This document shows positions 37,926 to 46,643 of a stretch of 57,940 nucleotides of DNA, one piece after another. The notes under the pieces were generated by a model. The model ran no database searches, had not been told where the DNA came from, and saw only the letters and a program-made list of their open reading frames with translations. This stretch comes from Candidatus Limnocylindria bacterium. GTDB taxonomy: Bacteria > Chloroflexota > Limnocylindria > QHBO01. Both the position numbers and the translations under genes were made by a program. Numbering within the stretch: position 1 is the stretch's first letter; every line of letters begins with the position of its first letter. The DNA lies in assembly GCA_046715765.1 (NCBI GenBank), contig JBKJYH010000126.1, positions 1 to 57,940 on the forward strand, read 5' to 3'.

Positions 37926-37992
37926 GGGCCCACAACCCCACTTATCCCCGAATTTGCGCGCCGGGCGTCGGGTTATCCACAGCCGTTCCCCA
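37926..37992 (+). promoter_or_regulatory. DnaA-box cluster (one perfect, several degenerate)
   Basis: TTATCCACA 37973-37981; TTATCCCCG 37942-37950; weaker copies at 37926-37934 and 37984-37992. Confidence 0.45.
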
Positions 37993-38011
37993 GAGCTCGC
38001 GGGGGGCCACC

Positions 38012-38554
38012 CTACCAGCGCTCGGTGTGCACCAGCTCGGCCAGCCGCTTGCGGCCGGTTCCGGTCGCGCGACGCCCGGCGCCGCCCGAATAGCCGATCG
38101 CGACCACGCTCCGCAGCAATCGGTCCGCAGGCACATCCAGCAATTCGCGCGCCGCATCTCGCTCATCGACCAGGATCCAGCCGATCCCCGCCCCCAGGCC
38201 GTGCGCGGCTGCCGCGATGGCGATGCGTTCGACCACGCGTCCCTCGTCGAAGGCATCGAGTGCCAATTGGCCGCCGGGCATCACCACCGCGATCGCAAGG
38301 GGGGCGCGTCCAAGGTGCGCGGCATTGGTCGCGAGCGCGCCAAGTCCGTCCAGCGTCGCTGGGTCACGCACCACCACGAACTCCCACGGCTGACGATTCG
38401 CGCTCGAACCGCTCCAGCGGGCCGCCTCCAGAATGTCGGCCAGCGCGTCTTCGGGCACGGCTTCGGCGCGAAAGTGGCGCGTCTGACGGATGCCACGCAG
38501 CAATCCGATCCGGTCTGCGACTCGTGAAGCTCTGGCGGCGGGAGTGTCGGTCAT
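38012..38554 (-). CDS. Nitroreductase family protein
   Basis: RQTRHF, ARWSGSSANRQPWEFVVV, VVAIGY, RKRLAELVH. Confidence 0.9.
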   Translation of the reverse strand: MTDTPAARASRVADRIGLLRGIRQTRHFRAEAVPEDALADILEAARWSGSSANRQPWEFVVVRDPATLDGLGALATNAAHLGRAPLAIAVVMPGGQLALDAFDEGRVVERIAIAAAAHGLGAGIGWILVDERDAARELLDVPADRLLRSVVAIGYSGGAGRRATGTGRKRLAELVHTERW

Positions 38555-38584
38555 CGGGCCAAGGGTAGCCGTAGACTGCCGGCC

Positions 38585-39142
38585 ATGCCCGCCCGATTCC
38601 ATCTCCTGCACGCTGGTTACGTCGACGCGCGCGGCGTCGCCGGCAGCGTCAGCCTGGTGCTTGACGGCGCCTCAGTCGTGGTGGTGGATCCCGGCATGCT
38701 CGCCAGCCGCGCCGCGATCCTCGATCCGCTGCGCGAGCTCGGCCTGGAAGCGGAGCATGTGACCCATGTCGTGCTGACCCATCATCACCCCGACCACGCG
38801 ATCAACGTCGCGCTCTTCCCCAACGCCGAGGTCGTCGACTTCTGGGCTCGCTACCGGGCCGACCAGTGGCTCGATCACGCCGGCGAGGGTCATCACGTCA
38901 CCGAGCACGCCTGGTTGATCCTGACGCCGGGCCACACCGCCGAAGACCTGACCCTGCTGGTCCAGACCGATGACGGCGTGGTGGCGTGTACCCATGCCTG
39001 GTGGCACGCCGACCGCACGCCCGAGATCGACCCGCTCGCGGACGACCAGGCGGCCCTGGAAGCCAGCCGCCGCCGAATCCTGGCCGCCGCGGACCGGGTC
39101 GTGCCCGGACACGGCCCTCCCTTCGAGACCGGGCGCCGCTGA
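38585..39142 (+). CDS. MBL-fold metallo-hydrolase
   Basis: THHHPDH, TPGHT, VPGHG. Confidence 0.9.
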   Translation: MPARFHLLHAGYVDARGVAGSVSLVLDGASVVVVDPGMLASRAAILDPLRELGLEAEHVTHVVLTHHHPDHAINVALFPNAEVVDFWARYRADQWLDHAGEGHHVTEHAWLILTPGHTAEDLTLLVQTDDGVVACTHAWWHADRTPEIDPLADDQAALEASRRRILAAADRVVPGHGPPFETGRR

Positions 39143-39193
39143 CCGCAAGCCCGGCCCGGTGGCGGATTCGGGGCCTTCGCCTACACTTGGCGC

Positions 39194-39886
39194 ATGTTTT
39201 CGTTCCTCTCCGGGGCCAAGTCCCGGATGCCGGATCCGACCGATGCGCTCCCCGGCCGCGCCGGGGCTCTCCCCACCGCCGAGCGCCACTTCGTGAGCGG
39301 CGCCGCGCTGAAGGGCCCGTACCCGGCCGGCAGCCAGGTCGCGGATTTCGCCGCAGGCTGCTTCTGGGGCGTCGAGAAGACCTTCTGGAAGGTGCCCGGG
39401 GTGGTCGTCACCGCGGTCGGCTACCAGGGCGGCTACACCCCGAATCCGACCTACGCGGAGGTCTGCACCGGGCGGACCGGTCACGCCGAATCGGTGCGGG
39501 TGGTGTACGACCCGGCCGCGGTGTCCTACGAGCAGCTGCTCAAGACGTTCTGGGAGCAGCACAATCCAACCCAGGGGATGCGCCAGGGCAACGACGTCGG
39601 CACCTCGTATCGGTCAGCCATCAAAACCCACACCGATCCCCAGCCGGCCGAGGCCGAGGCCTCGCGCGAGATGTACGCCACCGAGCTGGCGAGGGCCGGC
39701 TACGGTGCGATCACGACCGAGATCGGGCCCGCGCCCGAGTTCTACTTCGCCGAGGACTACCACCAGCAGTACCTGGCCAAGAACCCCCACGGATACAATA
39801 TGACGCACGGTACTGGCGTGGCCTGCGCAGTCGGGATCGGCGTGAGCCTGCCGGTCGAGCCATCCGAGAGGATGGAGCCGGTCTAG
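39194..39886 (+). CDS. msrA: Peptide methionine-S-sulfoxide reductase
   Basis: [27 protein letters not shown]. Confidence 0.96.
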   Translation: MFSFLSGAKSRMPDPTDALPGRAGALPTAERHFVSGAALKGPYPAGSQVADFAAGCFWGVEKTFWKVPGVVVTAVGYQGGYTPNPTYAEVCTGRTGHAESVRVVYDPAAVSYEQLLKTFWEQHNPTQGMRQGNDVGTSYRSAIKTHTDPQPAEAEASREMYATELARAGYGAITTEIGPAPEFYFAEDYHQQYLAKNPHGYNMTHGTGVACAVGIGVSLPVEPSERMEPV

Positions 39887-39952
39887 CGCAAGCGACCGGG
39901 GCGCCGGCACGCCAAAGAGTAGCGGCGCGATCCTGATTGCGGCCGACGGTCG

Positions 39953-40291
39953 TTGAGCAAGGAGCGCCTCAAACTCATCCGGGCGTCTGTCGTCCAGTTG
40001 CGCCGCTCACTGAAGGCGTTGGGCGCCGCGATCACTGGCCTCGGGTTTGTCGCGTCCGGCGAGGGACACCACGAGCGGCTCGCGCGTCTTTGGGGCGTCG
40101 TCGCGCGGGTCCGCAGGGAGGCCGGCGGGGGAATTTTGCCGGCGATCAGAGATCGCCTTCGGGACCCCGAAGGTGCGGCGCGCAAGGCCATCGGTGACGC
40201 TGCGTTCGAGCAACGACGCGCGGAGGGACATGCGATGTCGGTCGATGAGGGTGTGGCGTACGCGCTTTCAGGCGACGACCTGCTACCTTGA
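39953..40291 (+). pseudogene. C-terminal remnant of a STAND-ATPase/TPR-type regulator
   Basis: ERLARLWG...ARKAIGDAAFEQRRAEGHAMSVDEGVAYAL resembles the tail of such large proteins; no convincing start. Confidence 0.55.
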
Positions 40292-40314
40292 CGCAGAGAT
40301 GGAGGTGCACAACG

Positions 40315-40716
40315 ATGTCTGAGCCGGTCTTCTTCCTGAGCCGCTTCCGCATCAAAGAGGGGCAGCTCACGGCCGTGCGGCAGCTGATGAGCGAGGCGAT
40401 GGCCCGCCTCCATGCGGAGAAGCCTCGAACGCTGCTCTTCCTGTCGTACCTCGACTCGGACGGAGGGACGATCAGCTTCCTCCACGCCTTCGCCGACGCC
40501 GATTCGATGGACCTGCACTTCGTTGGCGCCGACGAGCGATCACAAGCGGCATACCAGTACCTCGAACCTCTCGGGTGGGAGGTCTACGGGCATCCAAGCC
40601 CCGCCGCCTTGGAGACACTCAGACAGGCGGCTGATTCTGCTGGCGTGCCCCTGGCACCACATCCCGAGTACCTGGCTGGCTTCCTTCGCCTCGAGCCCAG
40701 CAGCCAACAGAGATGA
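40315..40716 (+). CDS. Hypothetical protein, ABM-like dimeric barrel
   Basis: GGAGGT SD; AEKPRTL, FADADSMDLH, EVYGHPS. Confidence 0.7.
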   Translation: MSEPVFFLSRFRIKEGQLTAVRQLMSEAMARLHAEKPRTLLFLSYLDSDGGTISFLHAFADADSMDLHFVGADERSQAAYQYLEPLGWEVYGHPSPAALETLRQAADSAGVPLAPHPEYLAGFLRLEPSSQQR

Positions 40717-40805
40717 TCGGCCTGCACGATATCGATCGCCGCGGCCGTTGCCGGTCGAGTTCCTCGCGCCGTGACCCTCGGTGTGCGCAGGGCAATAGTG
40801 TGCGA

Positions 40806-40880
40806 GGAACCCGAACGGATATTGCCCCGATCACGGGACGGGCGTGAGCTGCCCGATCGGGCTCGGGGTGAAGGCGTAGG
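40806..40880 (+). repeat. 75-bp direct repeat, copy 1
   Basis: Ungapped match to 41856-41930; first 25 nt identical, 62/75 by manual count. Confidence 0.9.
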
Positions 40881-40898
40881 CGGGGCGGAGCGGAGCGG

Positions 40899-41738
40899 CT
40901 AGGGGTAACCCCACAGCATCTCGCATGAAAGAGGCTCGTCAGGCATCAGCGCCTCCAGGACCAGCGCGACCCAGGCGGCCTCCCGCTCCCAGTCCAGCTC
41001 CGCCCACATCCCGAGCTCTGTGGGAATCCGGCCACGGATCTCGCTGATCCCGGACTGCAGTGCGAGCCCCTCGTCGAGGGTCACCATGCCGCATCGAGCG
41101 TGGCGATCCCCGGGGGCGGGCTGGTCACCGGCGACCGGCTCGCCGAACGTCGCGATGGCCTCCGAGAGCGGCCAGACGTCATCGATGTCAGTTGGCCATG
41201 AGCCCGGCGCCTCGTGGACGCGAATCGCGAGCATGTAGCGAGCGGGAACCCACGTGATCTGGTCCTGTGGTGGGACGTCCCACGCGCTGGTGGTCAGCCA
41301 CGTGTCAAGGCTCGCCAGGCGGTCGCCGGCGGGATCGCCCGTCCTAAGAATCGTCGCGCCATCAGCCTCGGCCAGCACCGTTTCCAGCCCGGCCGCAGTC
41401 AGGCGCGCGTACCGAGCATAGGTGTAGTCGGTCTCGGGCTCGGCGACGACTTGGATGACGCTGCCGTCCTCGTACACCGAGAGGAGCGGGATCACGTAGG
41501 CCGGCCCCGTCTCCGGGTTGATGCTGTCGATCCGGAGCACGAGGTTGCCAGCGATCTCCGTCGGCTCGCTCCCGGGAGGCGAGGATGGCGATGGGCTCGC
41601 CGACTGCCCTGACTGATCGGGAGGCGCCGACGCTTCAAGCGAACCCAGCGACGGGCTCCCCGTGCCGCTCCCCGCCGGCGCTCCCGTGCAGGCAGCGAGA
41701 AGGATCGCAGCGACCGTGACGAGGTGACCGTTTCGCAT
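40899..41738 (-). CDS. Hypothetical lipoprotein
   Basis: Lipobox LAAC, S/P linker; TAGGAT 7 nt before ATG 41738. Confidence 0.75.
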   Translation of the reverse strand: MRNGHLVTVAAILLAACTGAPAGSGTGSPSLGSLEASAPPDQSGQSASPSPSSPPGSEPTEIAGNLVLRIDSINPETGPAYVIPLLSVYEDGSVIQVVAEPETDYTYARYARLTAAGLETVLAEADGATILRTGDPAGDRLASLDTWLTTSAWDVPPQDQITWVPARYMLAIRVHEAPGSWPTDIDDVWPLSEAIATFGEPVAGDQPAPGDRHARCGMVTLDEGLALQSGISEIRGRIPTELGMWAELDWEREAAWVALVLEALMPDEPLSCEMLWGYP

Positions 41739-41855
41739 GGCGCACATCCTAGACCGGAGGTCTGAGGCAAGACTACGGCGGGCGATTCCCAGTATGGGAT
41801 TCCACGGCGCTCTGCCGGTCGGTGCTCGAACCAGGGTTGACAACCTACCTGTCAC

Positions 41856-41930
41856 GGAACCCGAACGGATATTGCCCCGACCACGGAACGGGCGTATCGT
41901 CCTCGATTGGCATAGGGGTGAAGGCGTTGG
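41856..41930 (+). repeat. 75-bp direct repeat, copy 2 (contains probable csbD promoter)
   Basis: TTGCCC 41872-41877, 17 nt, TATCGT 41895-41900. Confidence 0.9.
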
Positions 41931-41978
41931 GCTCACCTGGTCAGCCAACAATGGCCAATGTCGCTCGGGAGAATTGAC

Positions 41979-42167
41979 ATGGATAAGGATCGACCCGCGG
42001 GAGCGGTCAAGAAGGTCGGCGGCAAGGTCAAGGAAGTCTTGGGCAGGGTTGTCGGCAACAGGTCAATCGAGGGTGAGGGGATCCGCGACCAGGTCGAGGG
42101 CACCCTGCAGCAGGGTTGGGGCGAGACCAAGGATGCCGTACGCGACCTGGGCAAGGAGATTCGCTAG
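41979..42167 (+). CDS. csbD: CsbD family stress protein
   Basis: GKVKEVLGRVVGN..IEGEG..DQVEG..QQGWGETKDAV; GGAG SD. Confidence 0.88.
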   Translation: MDKDRPAGAVKKVGGKVKEVLGRVVGNRSIEGEGIRDQVEGTLQQGWGETKDAVRDLGKEIR

Positions 42168-42229
42168 CGGTTCACGCGCGAGGAGCGGGTGTAACTGGCG
42201 GTTGAGACGTAAGTCAGGATGCCCGAAGA

Positions 42230-43582
42230 CTAGGAACGCACCCGACCGTAGGACCGCCGGGAGTCAGGCCGTCGGGCTTCGCCGGTGGCGGTGGGAACGG
42301 GAGCCGATGGCCAGCGCGCCACGCTGGCGTGGCTGCGGGCCGGGGCATGGCCGTAGTTGGAGCGCGACCCACCCGCGGGGCGGGGACGGCTCATCGGTCG
42401 GCCTCCACCCTGGCCGGTGCGCAGCCGGATCGGTTCGGGGCGGATGTTGCGGTCCGGCTCGAAGCCGGCGACGGTTTCGACCGGGATGGCCCGGCCCAGC
42501 AGGCGCTCCACCTCGCGCAGCAGTGGCGTCTCGTCGACGCACACCAGTGACACGGCAATCCCGTCCACGCCCGCCCGGCCGGTGCGACCGATGCGGTGGA
42601 CGTAGTCGGAGGGGACCATCGGCATCTCGTAGTTGACGACGTGCGGCAGAGATTCGATATCCAGGCCGCGAGACGCCACCTCGGTGGCGATCAGGAGCGT
42701 TACCCGACCGGCCTTGAAATCGGCGAGTGCGCGGATGCGCTGTGGCTGGCTCTTGTTGCCGTGGATCGCGGCCACCGCGATCCCGTCGCGGTCAAGTTGC
42801 TCGGCGAGCCGGTTGGCGCCGTGCTTGGTGCGGGTGAAGACCAGCGCCTGGTCGATGATCCGGTTACGGACCAGGTGGCTGAGCAGCTCGCGCTTGCGCT
42901 CGCGGTCGACCGGGTGGACGACCTGCTCGATCAGCTCCGACGGCTTGTTGCGCGCCGCGATCTGGACGAAGGCGGGACGATCCAGCAGGCCATCGGCCAG
43001 GCGTCGGATCTCATCGGAGAAGGTGGCGGAGAAGAGCAGGTTCTGGCGGCGTGCGGGAAGCAGGGCCAGGATCCGGCGGATGTCGCGGATGAAGCCCATA
43101 TCGAGCATGCGGTCCGCCTCGTCGAGGACCAGCACTTCGACCCGGCCCAGGTTGATGGTGCCCTGTCCGACGTGGTCGAGCAGGCGCCCCGGCGTGGCGA
43201 CCACGATCTCCGGGCCGGCGCGCAGGGCGCGGACCTGGGGCACGAAGCCGACCCCGCCGTAAATGGTGGTGGAGCGGATGCGGTGATGGACCCCGTAGGT
43301 GCGGACGCTCTCCTCGACCTGCATGGCCAGTTCCCGGGTGGGAACCAGGACCAGGGCACGGACATGGCGCCAGTCCCCGGAACGCGAGGCGTGGAGGCGC
43401 TGCAGCATCGGCAGCACGAAGGCCGCCGTCTTGCCGGTGCCGGTTTGGGCTCCGGCCAGCAGGTCACGCCCGGCGAGGACGTGTGGGATCGCTTCGCGCT
43501 GGACGGGAGTCGGCTCGGTGTAGCCGGAGTCCGCGACGGCGCGCAGCAGTTCGGGGGCAAGCCCCAGTTGGGTAAAGGACAC
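42230..43582 (-). CDS. rhlE: DEAD-box RNA helicase (RhlE-like)
   Basis: [38 protein letters not shown]. Confidence 0.92.
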   Translation of the reverse strand: MSFTQLGLAPELLRAVADSGYTEPTPVQREAIPHVLAGRDLLAGAQTGTGKTAAFVLPMLQRLHASRSGDWRHVRALVLVPTRELAMQVEESVRTYGVHHRIRSTTIYGGVGFVPQVRALRAGPEIVVATPGRLLDHVGQGTINLGRVEVLVLDEADRMLDMGFIRDIRRILALLPARRQNLLFSATFSDEIRRLADGLLDRPAFVQIAARNKPSELIEQVVHPVDRERKRELLSHLVRNRIIDQALVFTRTKHGANRLAEQLDRDGIAVAAIHGNKSQPQRIRALADFKAGRVTLLIATEVASRGLDIESLPHVVNYEMPMVPSDYVHRIGRTGRAGVDGIAVSLVCVDETPLLREVERLLGRAIPVETVAGFEPDRNIRPEPIRLRTGQGGGRPMSRPRPAGGSRSNYGHAPARSHASVARWPSAPVPTATGEARRPDSRRSYGRVRS

Positions 43583-43791
43583 GGTGGAAATAGCTCCTGA
43601 CTTGGCCCACCCGCATCGTGCGGGGCCCGGTCAGGGCGTGGGGATCGGGGTTCAGCGGTAAGGACCGGAGCGCAGACCGGCGCGCCCGTGGAGCCCGAGG
43701 GAGACCTGAGCATAGCACACCCGTTCGATTGGCCTATCGACCGATGGTCCGGGTCGGCCAGCGTCGACTGCTGGGTCGACTCGACCGGGGG

Positions 43792-44418
43792 CTATGCTGC
43801 AGCGACGGGGGTGCCGCAGCTCGCGCAGAAGCGCGCGCCAGCGGCGAGGTCGGCGGAACAGTTGGCGCACTTGTCCTGGCCGGTGGGCGTCCCGCAGTTG
43901 GAGCAGAACTTCTCCGATCCAACCGGCTTGGCGCAGTTGGTGCAGACCGTCGCTCGCGCCGACAGGTCTCCGGAGAAGACGGTCTCGCCCTGCATCGCCT
44001 GGCGCATCTGGTTGATCTCGACCGATGCCCGGGCGGCCTCCATCTCGGCGGCCAGCTTGGGGGCGTCGGCGACGCACAGGCCGCGGGCCTCGTTCCAACA
44101 GGTCGTGTCCACCCAGCGGTGGTCGCGCGGACACTGCGTGAAGTTCGGCATCAACGCGTCTGCCGCCTTCTTCAGCGCCTCGTCGCGTGCGCCGCGATCC
44201 ATGAAGTCCTTGGCCCCGCGCGCCGCACCCTGGGCGCCCCACAGGCCGCCGATCAGGGAACTGGCGCCGCCCAGCAACGAACTCGCGCTACCGAGCGCCG
44301 AGCGCTCGAACTCGCTGCGATACCCACTCCCGCAGATGTCGCACACGAACTCGAACTGGTAGCCGTTCTCGTCGGACAGGTCGCGGTAGTTGTTGGTGAA
44401 CGGCGTGAAGCCCGCCAT
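43792..44418 (-). CDS. Double zinc-ribbon domain protein
   Basis: CDIC; C-terminal CTNC/CSNC/CANC/CASC; GGAGG SD. Confidence 0.82.
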   Translation of the reverse strand: MAGFTPFTNNYRDLSDENGYQFEFVCDICGSGYRSEFERSALGSASSLLGGASSLIGGLWGAQGAARGAKDFMDRGARDEALKKAADALMPNFTQCPRDHRWVDTTCWNEARGLCVADAPKLAAEMEAARASVEINQMRQAMQGETVFSGDLSARATVCTNCAKPVGSEKFCSNCGTPTGQDKCANCSADLAAGARFCASCGTPVAAA

Positions 44419-44532
44419 CTCCGCCTCCCCAGGCACTGATCCGGCCTCCCGCCGGTGAGGGGGACCGCCTGCGCCGTCCGCCGCGGCGATCCTACGCCGT
44501 GAGTCGCGCCGGCCGCTGGACCCCGCCGCGTA

Positions 44533-45963
44533 TCAGGGACGGATGTTGTGGTTCAGGTGGAAGACATTGTCGGGGTCGTATCGGCGCTTGAGGGCGATCA
44601 GCCGATCGTGCTTGGCCGCGCCGTAGGCGGCTCGCACCCGGGCGGCGTCGTCGGGCTCGAGGCTGTTGATGTAGGCCGGCCCGGGCAGGAACGGGGCGAC
44701 GCGCTCGAAGTAGGCGCGCGATCCCGCAAGCCGGGCCGCGTCCTCGCGCGGATCTTCCCAGCTCGCGGTGACCAGGAAGTCGAATCGCGCCGTGCGTCCA
44801 GAGAATGCGGTGTCGTCCTCGGCAATGCGTGCTACCGCGCCGCCCAGGGACACCATGGTCCCACTCCAACCGGGATCAGGATCGGCCCGGTCCGCTCGCC
44901 GGGCGAGCATCGCCTCGAGGCCGGAGTCGGGCATCTCCCAGGCAAAGGCGCCTTTCCAGTAGCGGCGCATGCCGTGTCGTTGAGCGACATCGCTGAAACG
45001 CTGCAGGCGCAGGTAGTCGATCGACTCCTCCGATTCGAAGAGTGGCTTGGCCAGCCGATGCAGCGGGTCGGCCACGCGCCGCCCCTCGACCTGGTCCCCG
45101 AGGTACACCCAGGAGATGGCCACCACCTCCTGGCCGGCGGGCACGCTGGGGAGCCCCCACTCCGCCCGGACGGTGGTGATGGCGGCACTGGTCAACATCC
45201 GGTCCGGCATCGCCGCGTGAAAGGCGAAGAGTCCACGCAGCGCGGCAGCCCCGTCATCGAGGTGGAACATGAGGTCCCCGGTGGCCACCATCGCATCGAC
45301 CTCGTGCATCCGGAACTCGAACGCAGTCACCACTCCGAAGTTGCCGCCCCCGCCGCGCACGCCCCAGAACAGGTCCGCGTTCTGCGTTTCACTGGCGGTG
45401 AGCACCGCACCGTCGGCGGTCACCACCTGGACCGAGGCAAGGTTGTCGCAGGCCAGCCCGAACTGGCGGGCCAGGTAGCCGTAGCCTCCGCCGAGGGTCA
45501 GCCCGCCCACACCGGTGTGAGAGATCATGCCGGCCGTGGTCGCCAGCCCGTGCAGCCGCGCTTCATGGTCGAGTTGCCCAAGTTGAGCACCGCCCGCCAC
45601 CCACGCGCGACCGGCATCGGGATCGACCCGGACCCCGTTCATCGGTGAGAGGTCGATCAGCAGGCCACCCTCGGTCACGCCGTGGCCCGCCACCGAATGT
45701 CCGCCGCCGCGCACCGCGATCTCCAGCCCTGTCCGACGCGCGAACCGGACCGCGGCGGCCACGTCGGCCGCTCCGCTGCACCTCGCGATGAGGGCTGGGC
45801 GACGATCGACCATCGCGTTCCAGACCTGGCGAGCGTGCTCGTATCCGTCATCTTCGGGTCGCAGCAGCACGCCGCGGAAGGCATCCCGTAACTCACCGAG
45901 CGACGTTTCAGTGAGCGGCTCGGCGGCGTGGCCGGTGGCGACGTGGGTGGCTCGCGAATCCAT
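44533..45963 (-). CDS. FAD-binding oxidoreductase (VAO/BBE family)
   Basis: RGGGHS, GLTLGGG, RGGGGNFGVVT, KRRYDPDNVF. Confidence 0.92.
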   Translation of the reverse strand: MDSRATHVATGHAAEPLTETSLGELRDAFRGVLLRPEDDGYEHARQVWNAMVDRRPALIARCSGAADVAAAVRFARRTGLEIAVRGGGHSVAGHGVTEGGLLIDLSPMNGVRVDPDAGRAWVAGGAQLGQLDHEARLHGLATTAGMISHTGVGGLTLGGGYGYLARQFGLACDNLASVQVVTADGAVLTASETQNADLFWGVRGGGGNFGVVTAFEFRMHEVDAMVATGDLMFHLDDGAAALRGLFAFHAAMPDRMLTSAAITTVRAEWGLPSVPAGQEVVAISWVYLGDQVEGRRVADPLHRLAKPLFESEESIDYLRLQRFSDVAQRHGMRRYWKGAFAWEMPDSGLEAMLARRADRADPDPGWSGTMVSLGGAVARIAEDDTAFSGRTARFDFLVTASWEDPREDAARLAGSRAYFERVAPFLPGPAYINSLEPDDAARVRAAYGAAKHDRLIALKRRYDPDNVFHLNHNIRP

Positions 45964-46051
45964 CGGGTTCACCTCATCAGATGGCGGGCCGTCATTCTCG
46001 CTGCCCGATGCGGCCCGCATCCCGGTTTCGCGACGCCCTACCATCGCATCC

Positions 46052-46205
46052 ATGGCCGATGCGGACCTCCTGATCACCGGCGCACGCCTGGAAGCGATGC
46101 TCGACGGCGCAGATCCGCGCCACGACGCGCTGGCGATCAGCGCGGAACGGATCAGCGCCATCGGGCCTTCCGCCGACCTCCGCCCCCTCGCCGGGCCGGG
46201 GACGC
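46052..46205 (+). pseudogene. Duplicated 5' fragment (51 codons) of the amidohydrolase gene
   Basis: 135/154 nt identical to 49750-49903 by manual count; keeps TACCAT -10 (46039-46044). Confidence 0.88.
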
Positions 46206-46220
46206 CGCCGGCTGCGAGCC

Positions 46221-46643
46221 CTACCCGCCCTGGCCGCGCTTCTGGCGCACCTCATGCGCGGCCTCGATTGATCGGATTCGGGCCTGGAGCTCGAGGATCT
46301 CGTGACTGAGTTCGCGGACGCGGTGCGACATCGTCTCGATCAGCCCGAAGGCGAGCGATGGATCCTCGCTGATCCGTCGGAGGAAGTTGCGCTTGTCGAG
46401 GGTCAGGATGCGGGCCTGCCCCTTGGCTCGAACCGTGGCCGATCGCGGACGGTGGTCGATGATCGCCATCTCGCCGATCACCTCGTTCCGTCTCGCTGTG
46501 CGCAGGACGGCTTCAACGCCACCTTCCTCCAGCACGATCTCGACCTCGCCGTCCTGGACGACGAAGAGGCAGTCGCCGAGTTCGCCCTGGCGCGCAACGA
46601 TCTCGCCATCGGCGTAGAACCGTCCGAGTGCTGCCTGGCTCAT
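46221..46643 (-). CDS. Stand-alone cyclic nucleotide-binding domain protein
   Basis: GEMAIIDHRPRSATVRA phosphate-binding cassette; no HTH; ATGA overlap with upstream gene. Confidence 0.88.
   Translation of the reverse strand: MSQAALGRFYADGEIVARQGELGDCLFVVQDGEVEIVLEEGGVEAVLRTARRNEVIGEMAIIDHRPRSATVRAKGQARILTLDKRNFLRRISEDPSLAFGLIETMSHRVRELSHEILELQARIRSIEAAHEVRQKRGQGG

Noticed and set aside
37876-38011. Replication origin
   Set aside because: Only one perfect DnaA box, no AT-rich unwinding region, no dnaA or dnaN.
41838-41854. TGACA-N7-TGTCA inverted repeat next to repeat copy 2
   Set aside because: Short, single occurrence; cannot assign a regulator.
40806-41930. Repeat pair as integron attC sites or CRISPR repeats
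   Set aside because: No RYYYAAC/GTTRRRY ends, only two copies, and no intI or cas gene in the window.
46052-46309. 85-aa read-through ORF from the duplicated amidohydrolase start
   Set aside because: After codon 51 it runs antisense into the cNMP gene; treated as a scar, not a gene.
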